NCBI RefSeq assembly: GCF_963921235.1
Contig: NC_086097.1
Span: forward strand, 177,508,001 to 177,572,000
Length of the DNA: 64,000 nt
Direction of reading: 5' to 3'
Source: Mobula hypostoma
Lineage: Eukaryota
A program made the translations under genes and the position numbers. A model generated the notes under the pieces. The model was given only the letters and a program-made list of their open reading frames with translations, did no database searches and was not told the DNA's origin. Shown piece after piece: positions 12,496 through 23,770 of the stretch. Within the stretch, counting starts at the first letter, position 1, and every line of letters begins with the position of its first letter.

Positions 12496-13039
12496 GTATG
12501 TTAGTGAGCTTGTGATGTTTGCAGTCCAAAGTATACAGTGGCGTACAAATAGCACAGGGACTGTTAGAACATGGCCACTTAGTCATGGTTTATGCTCAAG
12601 TATAACTATTTTGTGATCACGAGATCTCCTGAAGTTTGTCAAGCAAAACAAGTGTATAATAACAGTTTTCTGGTTTGTAACTAGATTTTTCTCTCCAAGC
12701 CTCACCTTGTTGAATTAAGATTGTTAGATCAGTCCCCAGGATGAGTTGTTACCCATTTTGAATTGTCCTGAAGATGTGTAATTCTGCTGTTGCATTTACT
12801 GAAGCTGTTGTGATGTGAACCGGACACTGATGGTTTTCCAGTTTAGTGCCTGGATTGAGGAGGTTGCTCCTCAAACAGAGTGGGTGCAAGATGGCATAAT
12901 ACAGAGCAATACAGAGTCATGATTCAGAAAGGGGCTGACAGGAGGATTGAGTGATTATTTCTTCCCTGATGGCTTTCAACAAAGAAGCACTGTTTCAGGA
13001 TTAAGGCGCGTTTAATATCCAAGTCAGAAATGGAATTAT

Positions 13040-13880
13040 ATATTATGGAAACGGGACCCTGGCCCATCTGGTCCAAACTGACCAGAATGCCCATCTCAGC
13101 TCATCTCATTTGCCTGCATTTGGCTCATATCCCTCTAAACTTATCCTACCTACTTACCTGTTAAATGTTACCTGCTGCAACCACTTCCTCAGGCTGCTGG
13201 TTCCATAAACTAACCACCCTCTGGGTGGAAAATGTTGTCCTTCTGCTCTCAGCTTAAACCCATGCTCTTAGTTCTTGATTGTCTGACCCTGGGAAAAAAC
13301 TCTGCACTTTCACACTATGCATGTCCTCTAGATTTTATATGCCTCTATAAGGTCACCCCTCTGTCTCCTGTATTTCAGTGGATGAAGTGCTAGCTCACTC
13401 AATCTTCCTCTAAATGTGGCCTAACCAGAGTTAAAGTGCAACAAACTTCCTTGCTCTTGAACTCAGTGCCTCAGCTAATACAGGCAAGCATACTACATGC
13501 CTCCTTTGCCACTTATCAACTTCTGCAGTCACTTTCCTGGAGCTGTGTGTAACAGATACAGGGAATGTGCAGTAGAAGGAGACAATACAATCCAAGGTCA
13601 TAACGAGGTAGCCGTTGGGTCGGGAGTCCATTTTATCATGCTAAGGAACTATTCAATTGCTATTGTAGCCTTACGTGCGGTAGAAGCTGTCCTTGAGCCT
13701 GGTGGTATGTGCTTCCAGGCTTTTGTATCTTCTGCCTTATGGGGGGAGGAGGAGGAGGTGAAGTGAGAATGCCAGGAGTCAGGTAGGTCTTTGATTATAT
13801 TGGCTGCTTTTCCAAGGCAGCGTGAATTGTGGCAGTGGGGAGAGAGAATGTCTGGGTGGGTGGGGCCTTTGATTATGCTA
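13040..13880 (-). mobile_element. Degraded CR1-like fragment followed by a Rex1-like 3' fragment
   Basis: Nucleotide similarity by eye to other CR1 and Rex1 3' ends in the window. Confidence 0.55.
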
Positions 13881-13975
13881 TATTTGATGTGACGATGAAG
13901 AAAACAAGTGTGTGTTTTTTCCCCATAAATAATTAACTTTCATTGGTCATTGATGTCTTCCTTTACCTTCCTTAG

Positions 13976-14148
13976 GCACATTTGTAATGACTGTTACTGC
14001 AGTTGATGCCGATGACCCGAACACGGCCAATGGTATATTGCGATACAAGATCCTCTCCCAGACACCGAGCAGCCCTTCTTCAAACATGTTCACCATCAAT
14101 AATCAGACTGGGGATATCGTCACCGTGGCAGCTGGGCTTGACCGCGAG
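13976..14148 (+). CDS. cdh2: N-cadherin exon (exon 7 equivalent), EC2
   Basis: ttag|GC...GAG|gtag, 173 nt; (G)[57 protein letters not shown]. Confidence 0.97.
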
Positions 14149-14179
14149 GTAGCGTATACCAATCAACAACATTAGTGAA

Positions 14180-14790
14180 TAGATGGATGTTGGGGTCCTG
14201 GGGCATGGCTCCCTGAAAGTGACTGCAAAGAAGGCATTTAGTATGCTTGTCATTATTAGTTGAGACATTGAGTTTGAGAGCCAGGAAGTTACGTTACAGA
14301 TTTGTAAAGCTCTGGTTAGATCACATTTAGAGGATTTCATTCAGTTCTCTCACCTCATTATAGGAAGGATATGGAGGCGTTGAAGAGGATGTGGAGGTTT
14401 ACCAGGGTGCTGCCTGGATTACAGGATATAAGCTATAAGGAGATGTTGGACAAACTTGGGTTGTTTTCTCTGAAGTAGCAGAGGCTGTGGGGAGATTTGA
14501 TAGAAGTTTATAAAAACTAATGAGGCATAGACAGAGTAGACTGCAAGCGTCTTTTTCCCAGGGTTGAAATGTTAAATGCTAGAGGGTATGCGGTTAAGAT
14601 GAAGTGGGAGGAAAGTACAGAGTGACACAGAGTGCTGGGTGGCTGGATTGGTGGTGGAAGCAGGTGTGATAGGGCACTTAAGAGACTCTTTGTGCAGAAA
14701 ATGGACCATGTGAAAGCAAGAGGGATCAGGAGTCATAGGTTAATTGGTTCAGCATAACATTGTGGTCCGAAGGGTCCGTCCTGTGCCTGT
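14180..14790 (+). mobile_element. Degraded CR1-like LINE 3' fragment
   Basis: LQICKALVRSHLEDFIQF..LDKLGLFSL motifs and CR1-type 3'UTR (GGTCCGAAGGGTCC). Confidence 0.7.
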
Positions 14791-15829
14791 ACCAATCTGC
14801 CACACTGATCAATAAATACCTGCAGGAAAAGGATAATGCTTTGGATTTTCACTGCTGTTTAATTAGAATCTCAAGTCAGAAGCTCAATGATTTAATTCAC
14901 ATTGGCTCCCATGGGGTTTAAGAGTGGGTGGTGTGGTGTTATGAATCACAGGTTTGATCTTTAGAGTAACTCTGGGCATTTCAGGTTGGTAGTTGCAACT
15001 CCAGGGAACGTATGAGGGACATGGGAGAGGCTGGAATTGTTCGATCAGTGGAGGTTAAAGAGGGATTTAACAGCTTGTATTTAAATAAAGGAGGTGTTTA
15101 TGGGATTAGTTTAGAGGTAGCTGTTTCTATCCATGGGAGTCTTAATAAGTAGACAAGATAAATGCAGCTATTTCTGCTATAATACATCTTTGAATAATGC
15201 AAATTGGTTATAATGCAATTGGTATTGGCTTATTATTGTCACATGTACAGAGTTACATGAAAAGCTTCTGTTTGTGTGCCATCCAGACTGGTCATTCCCT
15301 ACATAATTACATCAAGGTGGTAAAATGGAAAACAGAATGCAGAATGTAGTGTTATCGTTACAGAGAAAGTGCGGTGCAGGCAGACAAAGTGCCAGGGCAG
15401 CAACAAAATAGATTAGGAGATCAAGAGTTTATCGTTGGTGGATGAGGGGTCCATTTAAGAGTCTAATAACAGTTCGATAGAAACTGTCTTTCAATCTGGT
15501 GGTAGGTGTTCTCAAACTTTAATATGTTCTGCCTAATGTTGACTGCAAAGAAATGTAAAAACTGCTGTAGAAACCCAATCTTTCATGTCTGGATTCCATT
15601 CGCTGATTTGGATACTTAGCGTGCTCTCAGATTTTGTCTTTGCTGCCTGATGGGAGTGAGGGAGAAAAGAGAATTGCTGGGGTGGGAGGGATCCTGTATT
15701 AGGGAACATTTATTTGCATTAAGTGGGCCACACTGGCTATAGTGCAATTGGGCAAACCTATTTATATCTGTGCTTGGAAGGCAACCACAGCCCTGTTCTA
15801 GGACATAGAATATAAAACAGTACAACATA

Positions 15830-16760
15830 GTCAAGTCAGATTTGTTGTCATTTAACTATATACACGTACTTGTATAACATGTATAACCATAAAATGTTTG
15901 TAGAAATGAGACAACATTTCTCCGAACCAGGATGTACACACACACAAAACACACGATAGCTTTTGAAGATAAGGATAAAATCTACAGAAGGATCGCACAT
16001 AAATAACGAACTAAAGTGCACTAATATTAAATATTGTAAGGTACGAAACAGTTTAACCAGTGACACTTCGAATATGATGTGGCAGGGAGTTCAAAAGCCT
16101 AATGTTCTGGAGGAAGAAACTGTTTCTCATCCTGACCATGTGTTTTATGCATCATGGTCTTCTGCCTGATGGCAGACAGTGGAAGAGAATGTTGGATGGA
16201 TGGGTGGGATCCTTAATACCAGGGTCCCTGCATATGCAGTGCTCTTGATAAATGTCCCCAGCGGATGGTAGTGAGACCCCTATGATCATCTCGTCTGTTC
16301 TGACAGTCCTTTGTAGGGAATACTGGTCCAATGCTCTGCTGCTCCCGTACCAGATGGAGATGAACCTTGTCAGGCCACTTTCAATTGTGCTTCTGTAAAA
16401 CACTAGGGGGTGCAGGAGCCTTGCTTGCCTCAATCTTCTTAGAAAGCTGTTGTGCTTTCTTGTTTACGGAGCTGATATTAAGGTCATCCATAATGTGAAC
16501 TCCCAGGAACTTGGTGCACTTAACTCTCTCTACGGAGGAGCCATGTATTCGCAGAGGAGGGTGGTTTGCCTGCAGCTTCCTGAAGTCCACAGTGACTTTT
16601 GTCTTCTCCACGTTCAGGCTCAAGTTGTTCTTCTCACACCAATCCACCAGCCACTCCACTTCCTCTCTATACTCCATCTTGTCATCATTCTTGATAAGGC
16701 AACCATTGTTATGTCATCTGCAAACCTGATGACACGGTTTGAGCTAGATCCTATGACACA
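15830..16760 (-). mobile_element. Rex1-like LINE 3' portion with RT C-terminus
   Basis: VIRFADDITMVAL, EYREEVEWLVDWCEKNNLSLNVEKTK, FYRSTIESGLT, LPSGRR on minus. Confidence 0.8.
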
Positions 16761-17209
16761 GTTTGCTGTTGTGTGCTGGGGCAGCAGGCTGAGGGTGGCA
16801 GACACCAACAGAATCAACAAACTCATTCGTAAGGCCAGTGATGTTGTGGGGATGGAACTGGACTCTCTGACGGTGGTGTCTGAAAAGAGGATGCATGCCA
16901 TCTTGGACAATGTCTCCCATCCACTACATAATGTACTGGTTGGGCACAGGAGTACATTGAGCCAGAGACTCATTCCTCCGAGATGCAGCACTGAGCGTCA
17001 TAGGAAGTCATTCCTGCCTGTGGCCATCAAACTTTACAACTCTTCCCTTGGAGGGTCAGACACCCTGAGCCAATAGGCTGGTCCTGGACTTTTTTCCTGG
17101 CATAATTTACATATTACTATTTAACTATTTATGGTTTTATTACTATTTATGGTGCAACTGTAACAAAAACCAATTTCCCCCAGTATTAATAAAGTATGAC
17201 TATGACTAT
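16761..17209 (+). mobile_element. 5'-truncated Rex1-like LINE of a second family, (GACTAT)n tail
   Basis: FAVVCWGSRLRVADTNRINKLIRKA..RCSTERHRKSFLPVAIKLYN; close sibling at 22933-23460. Confidence 0.8.
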
Positions 17210-17217
17210 CAGCAATG

Positions 17218-17750
17218 AGAACATAGAAACATAGAAAATAGGTGCAGGAGTAGGCCATTCGGCCCTTTCAGCCTACACTGCCATTCAGTATGATCATGGC
17301 TGATCATCCAACTCAGAACCCTGCACCAGCCTTCCCTCCATACCCCCTGATCCTTTTAGCCACAAGGGCCATATCTAACTCCCTCTTAAATATAGCCAAT
17401 GAACTGGCCTCAACTGTTTCCCGTGGCAGAGAATTCCACAGATTCACCACTCTCTGTGTGAAGACGTTTTTCCTCATCTCGGTCCTAAAAGGCTTCCCCT
17501 TTATCCTCAAACTGTGACCCCTCGTTCTGGACTTCCCCAACATCGGGAACAATCTTCCTGCATCGAGCCTGTCCAATCCCTTTAGAATTTTATATGTTTC
17601 AATAAGATCCCCCCTCAATCTTCTAAATTCCAACGAGTATAATCCTAGTCGATCCAGTCTTTCATCATATGAAAGTCCTGCCATCCCAGGAATCAATCTG
17701 GTGAACCTTCTTTGTACTCCCTCTATGGCAAGAATGTCTTTCCTCAGATT
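17218..17750 (-). mobile_element. Young 5'-truncated CR1-like LINE
   Basis: 127-aa ORF (17313-17696) nearly identical to 10389-10772; (TTTCTATG)n tail. Confidence 0.9.
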
Positions 17751-17943
17751 ACTTAGTAATTAGTAATTAGAATAATTAATTCATCAGAACAGCAGCATAG
17801 TATGGCGTATGATGTTCATGTTCAAGTGTAATTTTCATTCAACCATACATGAATATCCATGAATACAGCCAAATGAAACTGTTCTTCGGGACCAAGTTGC
17901 AAAACGCAGTACCATCAGTCATACACAGCACAAGGCACATATA

Positions 17944-18186
17944 GGCATCCGTTAGTCCCATGAGACCATGGATTTGCGCCTTGGAAGGTTTCCAGGACGC
18001 AGGCCTGGGCAAGGTTGTATGGAAGACCAGCAGTTGCCCATGCTGCAAGTCTCCCCTCTCCACGCCACCGATGTTGTCCAAGGGAAGGGCATTAGGACCC
18101 ATACGGCTTGGCACCGGTGTCGTCGCAGAGCAATGTGTGGTTAAGTGCCTTGCACGAACACCTTAACCACTTGGCCACGCACCAAC
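17944..18186 (-). mobile_element. tRNA-derived SINE with CORE-like segment, internally deleted
   Basis: Minus strand begins TGTTGGTGCGTGGCCAAGTGGTTAAGG (A-box-like), then GCAAGGCACTTAACC (CORE-like); no B box seen; possible CACATA TSD; sits inside a Rex1-like 3'UTR. Confidence 0.55.
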
Positions 18187-18581
18187 ACATAGCACATATA
18201 AGATAGCAAGTATACATACAATCTCACAAAAATATATGTAGTCCAAGTCTCTGAGTCACACATCCTGTAAATTGATGGTGAATGGATGTTATCGACAAGA
18301 ATAAGCAGTTCTTAGTAAACCGCAGATGAATGTATTCTTGCATGTAATTCAGCTCATCATTCCACTGATTTGACAGTGGAGGGCAGCACTGATGGGAGGC
18401 AACAGCCCCTAACCCAGTATGGACGTCATGCTACACTACTTTCGGCACCTCCTCTCCTAGACTGCTGCAATAGGCAAGCCTGCGGCTTGAGGTCTAATCC
18501 TTGTGACAACCGACACTATGTAGCAACACTCACAACACGCTGGAGGAACTCAGCAGGTCGGGCAGCATCCGTGGAAACAAG

Positions 18582-18619
18582 CAGTCGACGTTTCGGGCCG
18601 GAACCCTTCGTCAGGACTA
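18582..18619 (-). ncRNA. Minimal type I hammerhead ribozyme motif (inverted pLTR copy)
   Basis: Minus strand reads TAGTC-CTGACGA-A-GGGT-TCCG-GCCC-GAAAC-GTC-GACTG, conserved core intact. Confidence 0.75.
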
Positions 18620-19625
18620 TAGGGGGAAGGGGCAGAGGCCCTATAAAGAAAGTGGGGGGAGGGTGGGAAGGAGAAGGCTGGTAGGTGCCAGGTGAAAAAC
18701 CAGTAAGAGGAAAGATAAAGGGGAGGGGGAAGGGAGGCAGGGAGGTGATAGGCAGGTTTCCCCTTGTCCTCACCTACCACCCCACTAGCCTCCGGATCCA
18801 ACACGTTATCCTCCGCAACTTCCGCCACCTTCAACAGGACCCCACCACTAAGCACATCTTTCCCTCTCCACCCCTCTCCGCTTTCCACAGGGATCGGTCC
18901 TTCCGCGACTCTCTGGTCCACATGCCCCTCCCCACGGATCTCCCACCCGGCACTTATCCCTGTAAGCATAAGTGCTACACCTGTCCCTACACCTCCCCTC
19001 TTGCCATCATTCAGGGCCCCAAACAGTCCTTCCAGGCGAGGCAACACTTCACTTGTGAGTCTGTTGGGGTCATCTATTGCATCCGGTGCTCCCGGTGTGG
19101 CCTCCTCTACATCGGTGAAACCCAACGCAGATTGGGGGACCACTTCATTAAGCACCTCCGCTCCGTCCGCCAAAACAGACAGGATCTCCCAGTAGCCACC
19201 CACTTCAACTCTGCTTCCCACTCTCATTCAGATATGTCCATACATGACCTTCTCTACTGCCATGATGAGGCTAAACTCAGGTTAGAGAAGCAACACCTCA
19301 TATACCGTCTAGGTGGTCTCCAGCCCCTTGGTATGAACATAGAATTCTCCAACTTCCGGTAATTCCCTCCTCCTCCCTTCCCCCATCTCTATTTCACTCT
19401 GTCCCCTCCCCCAGCTGCCTATCACCTCCCTCATGGTTCCGCCTCCTTCTACTACCCATTGTGTTTTCCCCTATTCCTTCTTCACCTTTCCTGCCTATCA
19501 CCTCCCTGCCTCCCTTCCCCCACCCCTTTATCTTTCCCCTTACTGGTTTTTCACCTGGAACCTACCAGCCTTCTCCTTCCCACCCTCCCCCCACCTTCTT
19601 TATTGGGCCTCTGGCCCTTCCCTCT

Positions 19626-19665
19626 TCAGTCCTGACGAAGGGCTCCGGCCCGAAACGTCGACTGA
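19626..19665 (+). ncRNA. Minimal type I hammerhead ribozyme motif in Penelope pLTR
   Basis: TCAGTC (helix I) CTGACGA A GGGC-TCCG-GCCC (helix II) GAAAC GTC GACTGA (helix I); palindromic ACGT helix III; predicted cleavage after C19659. Confidence 0.8.
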
Positions 19666-21727
19666 CCGTTTTCACGGATGCTGCCCGACCTGCTGAGTTC
19701 CTCCAGCGTGTTGTGGGTGTTGCTTTGACTCCTGCATCTGCAGATTATTTTGTGTTTACGAGACTATGTAGCTTTCCCGCCATCTGTCTTGCAGATAAAC
19801 AAGGGAAATGTACTTGTAGTATTGTACATTATCAATGTCTAACGGGGTCTTGTGATCACAACAGAAATGTCCAAGACACTCACTCGCAGTTAGACCGCAC
19901 AGTGGCTTCCTCCGACTTCCTCGGATGCACCAAGTCCAGCTTGTCCGTCAAGGCACATCTTGCTGATGGGGTAGACCAGCAGTACCTGAAATTCTTAATG
20001 TCCAGCATTGTCCTGCATTTGTAAAAGGCATTTAAAAAAAGACCAAACACCTTTGGTTGGTTTCCAAGAGGACCGCAAGCATCTTTTGCCCGGGATGGAA
20101 ATTACGAGATAGCATAATTTTAAGACGATTGGAGGAAAGTATTTTTGTAGGGAGTTCGGAGGTAGGTTTTTTTTTGCACAGAGTGGTAGGTGGATGGAAC
20201 ACATTACCAGGGCTGGTGGTAAAGGCAGATTCATTAGAGATAGTTAAGAGACTCTTGTATAGGGACGTGGATGGGAACAAAAAATGGAGGGCTATGTGGG
20301 AGGGTGGGATTAGACTGATCGTGAGCTAGGTTAGAAGATTGTAGCCTGAAGGGCCTGTACTGTACTGTGCTGTATAGTTTTATATCATCTTACACAGCTC
20401 TATCAAGTTACTTTTCATCCTCTTTCACTCCAAAGAGAAGTTTTGCTATAATGTGACTTCCCATAATAGTGTTTTTGAGAATAATAACTGTCATGTTGTA
20501 GCAGAACTACCTGAAATAGAGGTCAGAACTGAGGTGAGAATTTCACTTCATACAGGGAATATTAATACTTGAGGTAGGAGAATTGAATTTCTAGTTTATT
20601 GGAAAGGGAACAGCAGGAGTGAGCCAGATGGAGTAAGGAAACACATCCTGTGTGCAGGTTTTCTGAATCAGGATCCCTGCCACCTACAGTGGTGAGAAGA
20701 TCAACCATTGCAGGAACAATGACAGAGGGGTCAGAGTTCATGAGCGAATCACTTGTATGAACAAATATTTGGAGTGTTGAAGCTGGCGTGTACAGAGAAT
20801 CTCACTGAAATGTACAAATTCTTTTAGGATTAAATATGGGGCTTGGAACAGTACCTTTGGCTCATGATGTGTCTGGCAACCATGAGGATAATTGAAACTA
20901 ACTCCTTCTCCCTAAACGTGACCTGTATCCCTCTGTTCCCTGCTTGATCAGGTGTCTTTCTAAATCCCGCTTAACTTATGCCAGCTTCCATCACCTCTCC
21001 TGGCACCCACCACTCCCTGTGCAGAGGAATACATGCCTTACACATCTCCTTTAAACGTTCCCCTTGAGAGGATCGTGGTGAACCAGCTCTGAAGTCACGG
21101 GGGTCCTTCTGCTGAACTTGCCTTTCCAGTGTTAAGGAGGTGGTGCCAGGATTCAGACCCAGCAACAACAATGGATTGGTGAGCTGGTTCCAGGCGGAAG
21201 AGTGTGTGATCTGCAGATGGTGGTGTTCCTGTGCACCTGCTTCCCAGGTCTCCCTTGGTGGTAAATGGTTGTGCCAGGCACGTGCTGTCAGAGTACGTGA
21301 GTATGTCAGAATAGATGAGTCATGTTGCAGGCATATAAAACATTGGTTGGGCTACATGTGGAGTATTGTGTTTTGTTCACTGCCCCCTCCCCCCATCAAC
21401 CCTGTCTATACTTCTCGCTGGTTCAGTAGAGCAGACAGAATAATCAGACACGATCCACCCCGGATATCCTCTCTTCCCCCAACCCCAAGTCGAGCGGAAA
21501 ATACAAAAGCCTGAAAGCACGTATCAATAAGCTCAAATATAGCTTCTGTCCTGCTCTTATCGAACTCTTGAATGGACCTCTTGGACAGTGAAAAAGTGGC
21601 CTCACAATCTACCTCATTATCATCTTGTACTTCATTGTTTACCTGCACTGCTCTTTTCCAGTAGCTTTTACACTTTATTCTGTGTTGTTATTGTTTTACT
21701 TTATTCTAGCTCCATGCACTGTGTAAT

Positions 21728-22312
21728 AATCAGAATCAGGTTTATTATCACCGGCATGTGCCGTGAAATTTGTTAACTTAGCAGCAGCGGTTCAATGCAA
21801 TACATAATCTAGCAGAGAAAAAAAAGTAGTAGTAATAATAAAATTTAAAAAAAATAAACAAGTAAATCAATTACATATATTGAATAGATTATAAGAAGTG
21901 CAAAAACAGAAATACTGTATACTTCAAAAAAAAGTGATGTGTCCAAAGATTCAATGTCCATTTAGGAATCGGGTGGCAGAGGGAAAGAAGCTGTTCCTGA
22001 ATCGCTGAGTGTGTGCCTTCAGGTTTCTGTACGGCCTACCTGATAGTAACAGTGGGAAATGGGCATGCCCTGGGTTCTGGAGGTCCTTAATAATGGATGC
22101 TGCCTTTCTGAGAAACTGCTCCCTGAAGATGTCCTGGGTACTTTGTAGGCTGGTACCCAAGATGGAACTGACTAGATTTACAACTTTCTGCAGCTTCTTT
22201 CGGTCCTGTGCAGTAGCCCCTCCATACCAGACAGTGATGCAGCCTGTCAGAATGCTCTCCATGGTACAACTATAGAAGACTTTGAGTGTATTTGTTGACA
22301 TGCCAAATCTCT
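21728..22312 (-). mobile_element. 5'-truncated Rex1-like LINE, same family as 1685-5640
   Basis: Reverse complement of about 5070-5630; FYSCTMESILTGCITVWYG..FRNSFFPSATRFLNGH. Confidence 0.85.
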
Positions 22313-22932
22313 GCATGAATAGTACACAAGACAAGCTTTTCACTCTACGAGAAGGGTATAGAACTTTGAGTGTGCAGAAGAGGTTAACCTAGTCGTTGCC
22401 TGGATTGGAGGGTGTGAGCAATACGGAGAGGTTGAACAAACTTGGGACATTTTCTCTAGACCATTCGAGGCTGAGAGGGGATCGAATCAAAGTTTATAAA
22501 AATTTTTGGACTGTAAAGCATAGATGGAGTTGCAAGTCCTTTCTCCAGGGTGAAAATTTCAAATACTAGAGTATCAGAGCAGGGAAGTTTAAGGGTGATA
22601 GGTGGGGCACGGAATGGTGGTCGGTGGCAGACACAGATACAATGGAGGAGTTCAAAAGGTTGTTCAGACAGACATATATGAAGGGAATAGAGGTATATGG
22701 TTCATGTTCCAGCAGGTGGGATGAGATCCATTTAGCATCAAGGTTGACATGGATGTGGTGGCCGTTGAGCTTGTTCCTATGCTGTACTGTTCTGTGTTCT
22801 AACTGCAGCACGGTCTGCAGGTGGTACACTTATTAGGCAATTCTTGGGCCCATGTCAGGGAAAGGATGTGCTGACATTGGAGAGGGTCCAGAGGAGGTTT
22901 CTGAGAATACTCCTGGTAGAGAAAGGGTTATA

Positions 22933-23460
22933 TGCTGAGGATGTTCTACGAGTCTGTGGTGACCAGTGCTATCATGTTTGCTGTTGTGTGCTGGGGCAAC
23001 AGGCTGAGGATAGCAGACACCAACAGAATCAACAAACTCATTCGTAAGGCCAGTGATGTTGTGGGGATGGAACTGGACTCTCTCACGGTGGTGTCTGAAA
23101 AGAGGATGCTGTCTAAATTGCATGCCGTCTTGGACAATGTCTCCCATCCACTACATAATGTACTGGGTGGGCACAGGAGTACATTCAGCCAGAGACTCAT
23201 TCCACCGAGATGCAACACTGAGCGTCATAGGAAGTCATTCCTGCCTGTGGCCATCAAACTTTACAATATTCCTCCCTTGGAGGGTCAGACACCCTGAGCC
23301 AATAGGCTGGTCCTGGTCTTATTTCATAATTTACTGGCATAATTTACATATTACTATTTAACTATTTATGGTTCTATTACTATTTATTATTTATGGAGCA
23401 ACTGTAACGAAAACCAATTTCCCCTGGGATTAATAAAGTGTGACTATGATTATGACTATA
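22933..23460 (+). mobile_element. 5'-truncated Rex1-like LINE (second family) inserted in a CR1 fragment
   Basis: MLRMFYESVVTSAIMFAVVCWG..KSFLPVAIKLYN; (GACTAT)-type tail; sibling of 16761-17209. Confidence 0.8.
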
Positions 23461-23552
23461 TGAGGAATGATTGATGGCTCAGGGGCCTGTACTTGCTAGA
23501 ATTTTAGAAGACTTGGTGGGGGGTGGGAATGCATCTCATTAAAACCTAATAA

Positions 23553-23660
23553 TGTGGGTGCCACAGTAGTGTAGCAGTTAGTGCAATGCTGTTACAGCTT
23601 GGGATGTTGGAGTACCGAGTTCAATTCCAGCATCCTCTGTAAGAAAATTAGTACGTTCTT

Positions 23661-23693
<33 letters not shown>

Positions 23694-23770
23694 TTGTTTC
23701 CTCCAAGTGCTCCAGTTTTCCTCCCACAGTCCAAAGACGTACAGTACCTGTTCGTAGGTTAATTGGCCAT
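23553..23770 (+). mobile_element. V-SINE/HE1-like SINE, split by a CR1 insertion (remainder about 26095-26175)
   Basis: tRNA-like head GTAGTGTAGCAGTTAG..GAGTTCAATTCC; central GTGCTCCAGTTTTCCTCCCACAGTCCAAAGACGT. Confidence 0.7.
23663..23691 (+). repeat. (TG)n microsatellite
   Basis: About 14 perfect TG units inside the SINE. Confidence 0.9.

Larger units (their letters stand above)
18525..19762 (+). mobile_element. Penelope-like element: GIY-YIG endonuclease C-terminus, 3' pseudo-LTR and an inverted partial pLTR at the 5' end
   Basis: PLVLTYHP..CKHKCYTC..FTCESVGVIYCIRCSRCGLLYIGETQRRLGD..GMNIEF (open to 19362); inverted arms 18522-18756 and 19490-19724; TSD ACTATGTAGC at 18515-18524 and 19763-19772. 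Confidence 0.9.

Noticed and set aside
16450..17076. 208-aa ORF as a novel gene
   Set aside because: Chimera of the antisense of one LINE and the sense 3' end of another across the 16760 junction
18550..19227. 225-aa minus-strand ORF
   Set aside because: Antisense shadow of the Penelope GIY-YIG frame plus the inverted arm; no independent motif
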